From Tepidisphaera sp. (GTDB lineage: Bacteria > Planctomycetota > Phycisphaerae > Phycisphaerales > UBA1924), in the NCBI GenBank assembly GCA_050916045.1, contig CP051526.1, positions 2,400,001 through 2,464,000 on the forward strand: a DNA stretch of 64,000 nucleotides, read 5' to 3'. Positions 29,989-39,521 of this stretch are shown piece after piece. The notes under the pieces are model-generated. The model ran no database searches. It was not told the origin of the DNA and was given only the letters and a program-made list of their open reading frames with translations. The translations under genes and the position numbers were made by a program. The first letter of the stretch is position 1. Each line of letters opens with the position of its first letter.

Positions 29989-30972
29989 ATCGGCGTGCCC
30001 AGTGGCGCACGAGTGACTTTCGCCTCTCGGGGTTCGAAGGGGGGATTCTCACGGGGGGCTGATGGCAACCTGCTGAAATCACTGGATTTACGTCTCAAGC
30101 CCTTGTCAAACCATGATTTGCGGCGTCTCGAAGCACTCATGATTCTCCACGGTTTCTTGCCATCCTGAGGTCAGTCTCGGGGGACACGGCGGGGGATTCA
30201 GTCAGGTCGCTTGCCAAGCTCTTGGCCCCGAGAGCCTCGATGCTCGGTGGTGTTTGCACCCACGTAGGTCGTACCCCGTTCGGGTCTGATTGGCGGACGG
30301 CTTGAGTGCCGCCGCTGCATGAACGGATACCTGACGTTTGATGGTCCGCGGCAACACCGCCTGCCGGCTCGAATCTGGACCGCTCGCGACAACCCCGAGC
30401 GGTCCCCCACCACCGACGGGTGTGATCCCGCCTGGACGGTGCTGACAAGAAAGAGGTGACGACCCCACCGCCGGAGCTGAACGTCAAGCGTGCCGTCTGT
30501 GGGACTGCACCGCATTTTAAACCGGCTGGTGAGGAAAGGATGAGGCTTTCCTTGGAATCTGTGAGGTGCTGGAACCCCTTTGGGGGCATTCTCGCTTGAT
30601 CCCGCGCCGAGTCGCGTGGGGTCGCGTAAAGCCTCAAATTGCAAGGGTTTAGAGCCATCCCGGTCCGGGCCTGAGTCGGTCGGTTCGTCGCGCCCCGCCG
30701 CGCTCACATTCCCCGTTCCGCGCGGAGACTGCGGGCCTGAGTGCGTTGCAGCTTTGTGAACAACGATCGTCGTGGCTCGCATCTCGTTGGCGACACTCGC
30801 TGCTCACGGTGCACCGCGGAAAAAGGCTGTGCCCGCGATCCGGCGATCCCGAGAGAAAACAACCGCCGAGAGCACGCGGCTCTCGGCGGTCGGGAGGCTT
30901 CGGACTTGACTCTGCTGCGGGCCGCTCACAGCTCGGCGTTCACGCAAACCTGGAACAGCCAGAGCACTCAGC

Positions 30973-32658
30973 TCATGGGCGACCGATGGCCACGGGGTGG
31001 CCGTGCTCGGCGGGCACGATGGTCCCCGGGCCCGAGAGCACGAAGCTTCCGCCGTACGAGCCCGGCAGCACGCCCATGACGCGCCCGGTTTGCGGAGCGT
31101 CATGCAACTCCCATTCCAGGAGCGCCAGCGACAGCGAAAGGCCGCTGACCACCAAGGAGGGCACCGGCGATCGCAGTAGCCCGCTCGACGGGAAGGTTCG
31201 ATTCTGCGTGGTGTGCGTCCAGACGCCGTCGCCATCCAGGTCGTGGTAATTGATCCAGACCTGGGTGATGCCGGCCCGAACCATGTCTCCAAACAGGTTC
31301 TGCATCTCAAACCCGTTGCCGGGCACACGGAAGTTGCTCGAGAAGTTCTCCTCGGGCGGCGCGCTCTGAAAGTTGCCGCGTTCTGAAGAGATCGACCAAT
31401 TGCCGTTCGGGCTCTGGATCGCGTATCGCATCTCGGTACTGGGATCAGCCCAGCGTATCCGCGCGGTGTCTCCCTGGATGACCGCCATCGCCGCGCGGGG
31501 CTGACCGTCCACGGGCGGCGGATACCGGTGGTCCCAGCTCCAGATGGTGGCCCGCATCTGCTCGTCGGCGGGGAACTCGATGGGATTGCCTGGGAGGCCC
31601 AGCGATTTGCCGACCGGATCAAAGCGGACGTAATCCATGCCCGCGCGGACCGCTTCTCTGACCACCGCCGGCGATTCACTGCCGTACGTGGCGTATTGCC
31701 CGGCGGAGGTGTTGTTGTAGAGCACCGAATAGGCGGAGGTTGACGTGCAGCTGGGCCTGACCTGATTGCCGACCGGGGTTGCTCCCCAGTAGTGCCACGC
31801 GGTGTCGCTGGCGAAGTCCCTCGCATGAAAGGTGTACCAATTGTTATACCCGCAGTACGGAACACTCGGAACGTCGGACAGCATGAAGTCCTGCGTCGGG
31901 TAGTCCCCCCAGTAGTGGTCGTCGCAGGGCGAAGTCACACCGCCGGTGTTCACGATGAGCACGCGCCCGAAGCCGCGGAGCTCATTCATCGTCATCCTGG
32001 TCGCTTGCCTGGCGAGTGCATCCGCGTCGGTCGCCCCGCCGTGCGCAGAAATGTCGCTCGGACGGATCAGCACGTCGGGGCCGTGCCCGGGGTCGCCTCC
32101 GCCCAGGATATCGTTGACCCAGACTTGCAACATCGTGTGCCAGTTGGACGGGTACGACATCGGGAAGTGCTGCTCGAAGTTGATCGTGATCACTTCGTCC
32201 GGGTTGTTGTTGAGCCACTGGCGGATCTCGTACAGACCGTCCCACACGGTGTTCTGTGCGGAGCTGATGTTGCCGCCGGCGCAGGTGGTGTGCGACAGCC
32301 AGAGCTGGTTGGGGTACACGATCGAGGCGTGCACATCCATGTCGATCGCACGAAGGCCCAGGTCGAGCTGTTCCCAGAGGGTGTAGGAGTGCTGCGAGTT
32401 GGGGTAGATCGCTTCGCCGTAGGCTCCGGAGTTGAACGAGTTGTGAGAGCCCAGCAGCAGGGACTGATCCTGCCGCATGTCGGCCGCCAGTTCACGCTGA
32501 AGTTTCATGGCGCGGTACTCGGTGCCAAGCCTCCACGCGGGGATGTCGACCTGCTGGGCGTGGGCCGCTCCGACCGCTCCGGCGATCATCGCGATCGCGG
32601 CGAGACGGACACTCAAAGGCCGGGGGAATCTGTCAATGCTGGGTGAACGAGAGTGCAT
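30973..32658 (-). CDS. secreted PI-PLC X-domain (PLC-like phosphodiesterase) protein
   Basis: signal peptide AHAQ; GSHNSFN, TLWEQLDLGLRAIDMDVH, WLSH, IRQWLNNNPDEVITINFE. Confidence 0.75.
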   Translation of the reverse strand: MHSRSPSIDRFPRPLSVRLAAIAMIAGAVGAAHAQQVDIPAWRLGTEYRAMKLQRELAADMRQDQSLLLGSHNSFNSGAYGEAIYPNSQHSYTLWEQLDLGLRAIDMDVHASIVYPNQLWLSHTTCAGGNISSAQNTVWDGLYEIRQWLNNNPDEVITINFEQHFPMSYPSNWHTMLQVWVNDILGGGDPGHGPDVLIRPSDISAHGGATDADALARQATRMTMNELRGFGRVLIVNTGGVTSPCDDHYWGDYPTQDFMLSDVPSVPYCGYNNWYTFHARDFASDTAWHYWGATPVGNQVRPSCTSTSAYSVLYNNTSAGQYATYGSESPAVVREAVRAGMDYVRFDPVGKSLGLPGNPIEFPADEQMRATIWSWDHRYPPPVDGQPRAAMAVIQGDTARIRWADPSTEMRYAIQSPNGNWSISSERGNFQSAPPEENFSSNFRVPGNGFEMQNLFGDMVRAGITQVWINYHDLDGDGVWTHTTQNRTFPSSGLLRSPVPSLVVSGLSLSLALLEWELHDAPQTGRVMGVLPGSYGGSFVLSGPGTIVPAEHGHPVAIGRP

Positions 32659-32703
32659 GGTGCGCTCCTCGATGAATGGTGCGGGGTGTAGGGCTGGCGA
32701 CGA

Positions 32704-34131
32704 TTACTGCAGGGTGACGAGGACGAGCACGAGGCCTTTGCCGCTTTCCAGCTTGCTCATGGCCTTGCCGAGGGTGGCGCCGCTGCCCTTGGTGTGATCG
32801 GAGACTTTCATCGCGTGTCCGGGCGTCGAGGACGTGGTGAGCAGGTCACCGGCAGAGACCGCGCCGCCCGCGTCCGCGTCGACATAGCACCAGACGCGAC
32901 CAGCGTTCGCGATGGGGTGCTCGCCGTCGGCAACCGTGCCCTTCTGGCCCAGGACGAGCCCGGGAGCGATGCCATCCGCACCGCTGATGATCCCGGCGAC
33001 CGTGCGGTCGTACGTGCCCGACGCGATCCGAAGCTTGCCGACGCGATCCGGATCGATGCTGACGACCATCCCGGGCATGGGCTTGACGTCGCCAGCCGGC
33101 GCGACATCGTACGACTCAGCCAGATCGGCCCCGCCCTCGATGATGATCACCTTCGCCCGGATGTTGCCGTTCACGTGCAGTTTCTCGGTCGGATCGATCG
33201 TGCCGATGCCCACGTTGCCAGCCCCGGCGTCCACGTTGAAGAGCAGGTGCTTGCGACCGCCGCGGGAGTTCATGTAGATGTCGCTGTTGCCGATGAGGTC
33301 GATGGCCGCTCCCGACACAATGTCGAAGGTGCGAGCCGGGTTGGCCGTGAAATCGCTCGCGTATCGGAGCGTTCCCACCGAGGTCATGCCGGCCGCCAGG
33401 AACGTTCCGCCCACGCTCGCGCTTCCGTTCACCTCGAGCTTGCGCGTGGGATTGACAGTGCCGATCCCGACGTTGCCGTTGGTGTCGATGGTCATGCGCG
33501 GGACCTGGTCGGAGATCATCAGCTTGCCCGCGCCCTCGCCGTTGCTCGCCCCGGTCGAGATGAGGGCCCAAGCGTCGCCGCCCGCGGTGGAGTTGATCAA
33601 GGACAGGTAGGTCCCAAACGGGCTCGACCCGCGAAGGGCCAGCAGGCCGGTCTCGTTATCGCTGATGTCGAGCGTGTTGGTCGGGTTCGTGTTGCCGATC
33701 CCGACGTTGCCATTCCTGGTGATCACGTTCGGCATGGACAGCGCGTAGGGCGCGGGCTGCACGAGCTGACGCGGCGTGAGCCTCGTGACCCCGGACCCGG
33801 TATCCACACTCACCTCCAGATAGAGCTCGCGACCGTCGTAAATCGGAGCGTTGAGCACGTCCGTCTCGCCGAAGTCGACGAGCACGGTGAATTGACCGTT
33901 GGTGACCTGGACGTTGGTGTAGGTGGCCACATCTCGGGTGTTCAGCCCGGTCGCTTGCGTGCAAAGGGCGAAGTTCACCGTCGCCGTGCCGGTGTACGGC
34001 GTGCCGCTCCGCTCCAGGTATCCCTGGTAGGTGAACCGCTTGGAAACCACCGCCTGCGCCGCTGCGGTTTGGGTGGTGGCGTGGCCCATCAACATCATGG
34101 AAAGTGTCAGCACAAGGGTCGAAATCCGCAT
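32704..34131 (-). CDS. secreted tail-fibre-like protein with putative C-terminal intramolecular chaperone domain
   Basis: signal peptide; FTYQGYL domain; three GNVGIGT/N repeats; GADLAESY...GDLLTTSSTPGHAMK...GKAM. Confidence 0.7.
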   Translation of the reverse strand: MRISTLVLTLSMMLMGHATTQTAAAQAVVSKRFTYQGYLERSGTPYTGTATVNFALCTQATGLNTRDVATYTNVQVTNGQFTVLVDFGETDVLNAPIYDGRELYLEVSVDTGSGVTRLTPRQLVQPAPYALSMPNVITRNGNVGIGNTNPTNTLDISDNETGLLALRGSSPFGTYLSLINSTAGGDAWALISTGASNGEGAGKLMISDQVPRMTIDTNGNVGIGTVNPTRKLEVNGSASVGGTFLAAGMTSVGTLRYASDFTANPARTFDIVSGAAIDLIGNSDIYMNSRGGRKHLLFNVDAGAGNVGIGTIDPTEKLHVNGNIRAKVIIIEGGADLAESYDVAPAGDVKPMPGMVVSIDPDRVGKLRIASGTYDRTVAGIISGADGIAPGLVLGQKGTVADGEHPIANAGRVWCYVDADAGGAVSAGDLLTTSSTPGHAMKVSDHTKGSGATLGKAMSKLESGKGLVLVLVTLQ

Positions 34132-34346
34132 GGTGGGTCTCCTTTTCAAATCGGTGTCACGGTTGGTCGCGGTCCAGTTGATTCGGGCCGCCGCGCCGCG
34201 ATCCCTGCGGTCGCACGGGGGCGCGGTCCCACCTTTCCACACGCCTTCCGCGCGCGGCAGCCTTGATGGAACCACAAAACCGCGAAATTCTCGTGACCCG
34301 CGGGCTCATCACCACCCCCCTAGACGGGCGATATAGTCCGTGCCGC

Positions 34347-34916
34347 ATGGAACTTCCAGACGCCAAACCGAGCGGGATCTTGCCCGACCCCCCTCCTCCG
34401 GGGGAAGCCGAGGCCGTCGATCGCATGCTGCCGCTGGTCTATGACGAGCTGCGTCGCATCGCGGCGGGGCTGCTCCGGCACCGCTCACCCGTCAGTCTTC
34501 AGCCCACCGCGCTGGTTCACGAAGCGTTCCTGCGCGTCGCTGTAGATTGCAAGGGCGAGTGGAATGATGAGGGGCACTTCCGGTCCATCGCGTCCATCGC
34601 CATGCGCCGCGTGCTCGCCGACCATGTTCGCAACCGCTCAAGCCTCAAGCGGGGCGGTGGCAGGCGTCCGCTCACGCTCGACGTCAACGCCCTCGGCACC
34701 GACGAACGCCACGGAGCGGCCGAACTTGACGCCGCGCTCGAAGAACTGGAACGGTCCAGCCCGCGCGTCGCCCGGCTGGTCATCTACCGATTCTTCGGCG
34801 ATCTCAGTGTCGCCCAGGCGGCGGAGCGATTGGGCATCTCCCTTTCCACCGCTGAGACCGATTGGCGTTTCGCCCGGGCTTGGTTCAAGCAGCGTCTGGC
34901 GGGGTCCGGCGCGTGA
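34347..34916 (+). CDS. ECF sigma factor of the planctomycete kinase-associated type
   Basis: LPLVYDELRRIAA, SLQPTALVHEAFLR, AMRRVLADH, KRGGG, DWRFARAW. Confidence 0.9.
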   Translation: MELPDAKPSGILPDPPPPGEAEAVDRMLPLVYDELRRIAAGLLRHRSPVSLQPTALVHEAFLRVAVDCKGEWNDEGHFRSIASIAMRRVLADHVRNRSSLKRGGGRRPLTLDVNALGTDERHGAAELDAALEELERSSPRVARLVIYRFFGDLSVAQAAERLGISLSTAETDWRFARAWFKQRLAGSGA

Positions 34917-37900
34917 GCGAACCGCACGCGGACCGCCTGCATGAACTTTTCTCCGCTGCACTCCCGCTGCGAGAACCGGATCGCACTGCACTGCTCGACC
35001 GCGAATGCGCCGGCGATTCGCTGCTGCGAGAACGCGTCGAGCAACTTCTCGCCATCGACGCCGAACCTCTCGACGATGCGCACGACACAGCCCTCGGCGG
35101 TGTCCGCGGCGCGGAGTGGCTTGCTTCCGATCTGGCGGGCGACGACGCCCTCGCCGAGCCCATGCCCGATCGCATCGGACGCTTTCAGATCATCCGCGAA
35201 ATCGGCCGCGGCGGGATGGGCATCGTCTACGAAGCCCGGCAGCTCGATCCGGACCGGCGCGTCGCGTTGAAGGTCATCCATCCCGGCATGATCGGGCGGG
35301 GGCTCATCCGTCGCTTTCGGCAGGAAACCCGCGCGATGGCGCAGTTGCTCCACCCCGGCATCGCGCAGATCTACGAAGCCGGCACCAGCGCCGACGGCGA
35401 GGGCGGCGCGATCCGACCCTACTTCGCCATGGAATTGGTCGAGGGGCCGACGCTCCTTCGTTACGCAGCCTCTGAGAACATCGACGTTCGCGCAAGGCTC
35501 GAACTCGTCGCCCGCGTGTGCGACGCCCTGCACCACGCGCACCAGAAGGGCGTGATCCACCGCGACCTCAAGCCCGACAACATCCTCGTGCACACCGCCC
35601 CGCGTGCGGTCGAAGAACGCGCGGGCGTCCTCCTCCCCGCGGTGCAGCCCAAGATCCTCGACTTCGGCGTGGCCCGACTCGCCGAAGAGCAAGAGCCCGG
35701 CACGCTGCAAACACAATCCGGGCAGATCGTCGGCACCATCCCGTATCTCAGCCCCGAGCAGGCCGAGGGCGAGTCCGCTCTGGCTGACATCCGGAGCGAC
35801 GTGTATTCGATGGGCGTGGTCGCGTTTGAGCTGTTGTCGGGCTCGCTGCCGTTCGATACCGCCGGACGAACACTCCGCAGCGCGACCCGCATCATCCTGA
35901 ACGAGCCCCCCAAACGCCTGGGCCTCGCCGCGACAAAGTTGGCCGGCGACATCGAGACCATCATCCACAAAGCGATGGACCGCGACGCGGACCGTCGCTA
36001 CCAGTCCGCCGCGGACATGGCCGCCGATATCCGGTGCTACCTGGGGCACGAACCGATCTCTGCCCGCCCCCCCACCACCGCCTACGTGCTCCGCAAGTTC
36101 GTCGAGCGGAACCGCGCCCTCGCGTTTGTCGGCACCTCCGCCGCTGTCCTCATCATCGGCGCGCTCGTCATCGTGTCGCTGCTCTGGGCGAACGCACGCC
36201 GCGCCGAGGACCAAGCCGTGTGGCAGCGGTACCGCTCAGCGATGTCCGCCGCTTCTTTCGCGCTCTCGAAGGGCGAGATCGGCATCGCCCGTCGTCATCT
36301 GGATTCGACCGCGCCCCGTTTCCGAGGCTGGGAGTATCGCCACTTCCTCTCGCGCCTCGACCAGAGCACCAGTCTCGCCACGCCGAAGGTGCCCGCCCCC
36401 TTCATGATCGTCCCGACGACCGAGTCGGGCAAGCCATCCCTCGTCTTCGTCGGATCCGCCGGGACCGCGTCGACCGCGCGGGCCGACCACGAGCGCTCGC
36501 CCGCGGTTGTGATCGACCCCAAGTTCACGCTCTGGTACACCGCCCGTGCCTCCCGCGCCACGCATTCCATCAACGGCATCGGGCCGGTCTTCTACACACC
36601 CGACACCGAAACCGGCCAGCCCATCGAGCACCGCATCGCTGACTGGCCTTTCGACGAACAGACGGTCTTCGACAACCCCGTCCTGTCCGACGACGGACGC
36701 CTCCTCGCCCTCCTCCATCGCCCGCAGACCGGGTCGTGCATCGTTCTGGTCGATCTCGTCGCCGATCGCGTCCGCCTTATTCATCTCAGCCAGGGCGTGC
36801 TCCCGCTCCGTGTGGCGATCTCCGGAGATGGTCGGCGAGCCGCCATCTCCACAGGATTCAACCAGCCGCGCCCTCCTTTCGCCCAGGTCTTCGACACCCT
36901 TACGGGCGAGGTCACGTCGACCGCGACCGATCTGCCGAGCGAGCCGCGATCGCTCCTCCTGGACGCCGACGGCTCTCGGTTGATCGCGGCGTTTCACGGC
37001 GGCCCGATCGGCTCGTGGGACATCAAGAGCGATCCGGCCCGCATGCTCGTCCTTCGCCCCTACGAGTTCGACAGCATCGAGAACCTGAATTTCAACGCTG
37101 ACCAGACGCTCCTCGCCGCTGGGAACATCGAGGGCGTCGTCCGCGTCTTCGACGCCGCCACGCTCGAGAACACCCTTTCTCATATCGGCCACGAGTCCGA
37201 GATCCACGACGTGCGCTTTCTCCCCGCACCGGACACCGGCCTCATCAGCGCGGGCCGCGACGGCACCGTCCGCCGCTGGGCACTCGGCCCGACTGTCGAA
37301 CGCCCCATGATCATGAAGGGACCCACGCACCTCGTGCACGCGCTCGCGGTCGCCTCCGCCGGCCGATTCGTCGTCACGGGCAGCTGGGACAAGTCCATCC
37401 GCCTCTTCAGCCTCGACGACGGGCGAGAACTCGCTCGGATGGAGGCGGGCACGTTCGTTCAGGCGCTCGCCCTCTCCCCCGACGAGCGCACCATCGTCAC
37501 CCGCGAGTTTGATGGCGACACCCGCCTCTTTGATCTCGACTCCAAAGCCCAGATCGCCCTCCTCGATCGCAAGACCTGTACGCTCGACCAACCGCTTTTC
37601 TCCACGGACTCCAACCGTGTCCTCTTCGACTTCGACCCCGCCGCCCGGACCGCGACCTTCTGGGACATTCCCACGAAGGCGTGGTCGACCGTTCCGAGCG
37701 CCGAGATCGCCTCTGTCCGCGGCTCGACCGTCAATCCCACCGCGGGTGTCATCGCCCGCTCCGAATCACGTGACCGCTGGTTCGGCACTGTCCTGTACGA
37801 CTACCGCACCGGTCAGGAGCTGCTCGCCATCCCCGCCCGCCGAACCGCCAACGAGTCCATCGCGTTTTCACCCGACGGCCGGTTCGTCGCTGCTCCCGAT

Positions 37901-38215
37901 GATGACCACCGCATCCAGGTCTACGAGCTCCTCTCGGGGAAGCGGACCAGCACCTACACAGGTCACGCTCGCGAAGTGCTCGCCCTGGTCTTCAGCCCCG
38001 ACGGCTCTCGACTCTTCAGCGCCGACTACACCGGCACCATCTGGGTCTGGGACACCCGCACGTGCGAAGAACTCACCCAGCTCCGAAGCCATACCGAGCA
38101 TGTGCGCCGCCTGGCCATCTCCAAAGATGGCTCGACGCTCGTCTCCGGCTCGCGCGACGGGACCGCCCGGGTCTGGATCGCGCCCGGTGCCGAGCCACAC
38201 ATGACGCCGCGTTGA
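34913..38215 (+). CDS. Ser/Thr protein kinase with TM helix and WD40 repeats
   Basis: GRGGMGIVY, VALK, HRDLKPDN, DFG, YLSPEQ; WD40 repeats; GTGA overlap with the sigma gene. Confidence 0.92.
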   Translation: MSEPHADRLHELFSAALPLREPDRTALLDRECAGDSLLRERVEQLLAIDAEPLDDAHDTALGGVRGAEWLASDLAGDDALAEPMPDRIGRFQIIREIGRGGMGIVYEARQLDPDRRVALKVIHPGMIGRGLIRRFRQETRAMAQLLHPGIAQIYEAGTSADGEGGAIRPYFAMELVEGPTLLRYAASENIDVRARLELVARVCDALHHAHQKGVIHRDLKPDNILVHTAPRAVEERAGVLLPAVQPKILDFGVARLAEEQEPGTLQTQSGQIVGTIPYLSPEQAEGESALADIRSDVYSMGVVAFELLSGSLPFDTAGRTLRSATRIILNEPPKRLGLAATKLAGDIETIIHKAMDRDADRRYQSAADMAADIRCYLGHEPISARPPTTAYVLRKFVERNRALAFVGTSAAVLIIGALVIVSLLWANARRAEDQAVWQRYRSAMSAASFALSKGEIGIARRHLDSTAPRFRGWEYRHFLSRLDQSTSLATPKVPAPFMIVPTTESGKPSLVFVGSAGTASTARADHERSPAVVIDPKFTLWYTARASRATHSINGIGPVFYTPDTETGQPIEHRIADWPFDEQTVFDNPVLSDDGRLLALLHRPQTGSCIVLVDLVADRVRLIHLSQGVLPLRVAISGDGRRAAISTGFNQPRPPFAQVFDTLTGEVTSTATDLPSEPRSLLLDADGSRLIAAFHGGPIGSWDIKSDPARMLVLRPYEFDSIENLNFNADQTLLAAGNIEGVVRVFDAATLENTLSHIGHESEIHDVRFLPAPDTGLISAGRDGTVRRWALGPTVERPMIMKGPTHLVHALAVASAGRFVVTGSWDKSIRLFSLDDGRELARMEAGTFVQALALSPDERTIVTREFDGDTRLFDLDSKAQIALLDRKTCTLDQPLFSTDSNRVLFDFDPAARTATFWDIPTKAWSTVPSAEIASVRGSTVNPTAGVIARSESRDRWFGTVLYDYRTGQELLAIPARRTANESIAFSPDGRFVAAPDDDHRIQVYELLSGKRTSTYTGHAREVLALVFSPDGSRLFSADYTGTIWVWDTRTCEELTQLRSHTEHVRRLAISKDGSTLVSGSRDGTARVWIAPGAEPHMTPR

Positions 38216-38341
38216 TTCCGCCTGTGACAACCCGGGCGCGCGACGCAGCACGCACCGGCTATTCGCCGGGCTGAGAAAGTCGTCGCGTTCGTGCCGGTCG
38301 GGAGCGCCCGGTGTTCCCCACGTTTGCGAGCCCAGTCCTCA

Positions 38342-38743
38342 TCAATCTCTTTTACGCGATCGGGCCTGTTCCTCCACAGCGGCCCGTCCAGCACCCTTGA
38401 GCGCCCGTGTGGCGAGGTAGTGCACCCGGCGAACCGTCGCCCCCTCGGTCTCGACTCGACGCAGCGAGGCCTCGATCACGTCCAATTCCGCCTGGTCGAT
38501 GGTCGGTCGTGGCGTTCCTTCAGCGAAAGCATTCTCTCTCTGTTCCGCGACCAAGAGAACCTTGCCCGCGTTGCGGATCGCCTCGACCTCTTTGAGCCAC
38601 GGATCGTCGGGACGGCAGATCGAAGCCCAGCCGGCGGCCGCACTTTCGAGGACGGGCATTGCTTCCGCGTTTCGAGAGACTTGGAGAAGCCAGATCCCCT
38701 CGAGAAATCGCCAGTTCAGATAGTTGACGCTGTCGTGGGGCAC
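38342..38743 (-). pseudogene. probable C-terminal fragment of a TPR-like protein
   Basis: RNAEAMPVLESAAAGW...PDDPW helical pattern; no convincing start. Confidence 0.35.
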
Positions 38744-38879
38744 ACCGATCTGATTGCGTTTAGCCTCGTCGATGCGGACCTTCCAAAGCTCATCGCTGAC
38801 GCCGGAATCCGCGGGCCGCTACGACCAGGCCGCCGACCACGCCCGGACGGCGTTGCAGATCCATCCCGGCCACATCGCA

Positions 38880-39259
38880 AGCCTCCAACAACTCGCCCGC
38901 CAGCAGGCTCAGGTGGATGCGAAGTTGAAGACGCTGCTAGATCTTCGTGTCGAGGGGGAGATCACGCAGGAGGAATACGCCGTCAAGAGGCGAGAATTCC
39001 ACGAAAGACAGACCGCCATTCGACTCCAATTGGAGGTCTCAGACCGGGATGATCGTGAAATCGCCGAGAAGGCGGTCAAAGCGTTTGAACTGTCACAAAC
39101 GCTCAAAACACGCTGGGAAACCGCGGATCCAGCCTCGAAACGGACGATCCTCGAAACACTGTGCGAAAGCGTGCGTTTGAACCAGAAAAAGTGCTGTTTT
39201 TAGCCCGACAACCGTTTAATCTGCTCTCAAATGCCCACTTTTCACAAACAAGTGGGTAG
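38880..39259 (+). pseudogene. C-terminal remnant of a large serine recombinase
   Basis: LLDLRVEGEITQEEY, KAFELSQTLKTRW, KRTILETLC; a frameshift in the A-run near 39186-39190 gives RQPFNLL...TSG-stop inside the tRNA-Phe 3' end. Confidence 0.65.
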
Positions 39260-39324
39260 ACCCGGACTTGAACCGGGAACCCCAGCATTTTCAATGCTGT
39301 GCTCTACCATTGAGCTATCTACCC
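39253..39324 (-). tRNA. tRNA-Phe(GAA)
   Basis: GGGTAGA/TCTACCC acceptor, CAGCA-TTGAAAA-TGCTG anticodon arm, CCCGG-TTCAAGT-CCGGG T arm; CCA not encoded. Confidence 0.95.
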
Positions 39325-39397
39325 GAAGGAGGCGAGGGCCCTGCTTCGATCGTCGATGGCAAGCCATCGGCGGTTCACGGGGGTGCCGTGAGGGGGA

Positions 39398-39425
39398 AGG
39401 GTAACGGGCTGACGGGCGGGGTCAA
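39398..39425 (-). promoter_or_regulatory. putative sigma70 promoter of tRNA-Phe
   Basis: TTGACC, 16 bp, TACCCT on the minus strand. Confidence 0.45.
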
Positions 39426-39521
39426 CTCCCGGGGGGGAGGGAGGTTTATCCGGGGTGGGAGGAAGGCGGAGGGCCGAGTCACGGCACTCGTGAGCCGTGC
39501 CACCAGCAGCCGCGCCGCGGA

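Noticed and set aside
32704..34131. Prophage inferred from the tail-fibre-like gene
   Set aside because: It has a signal peptide and there are no other phage structural or packaging genes
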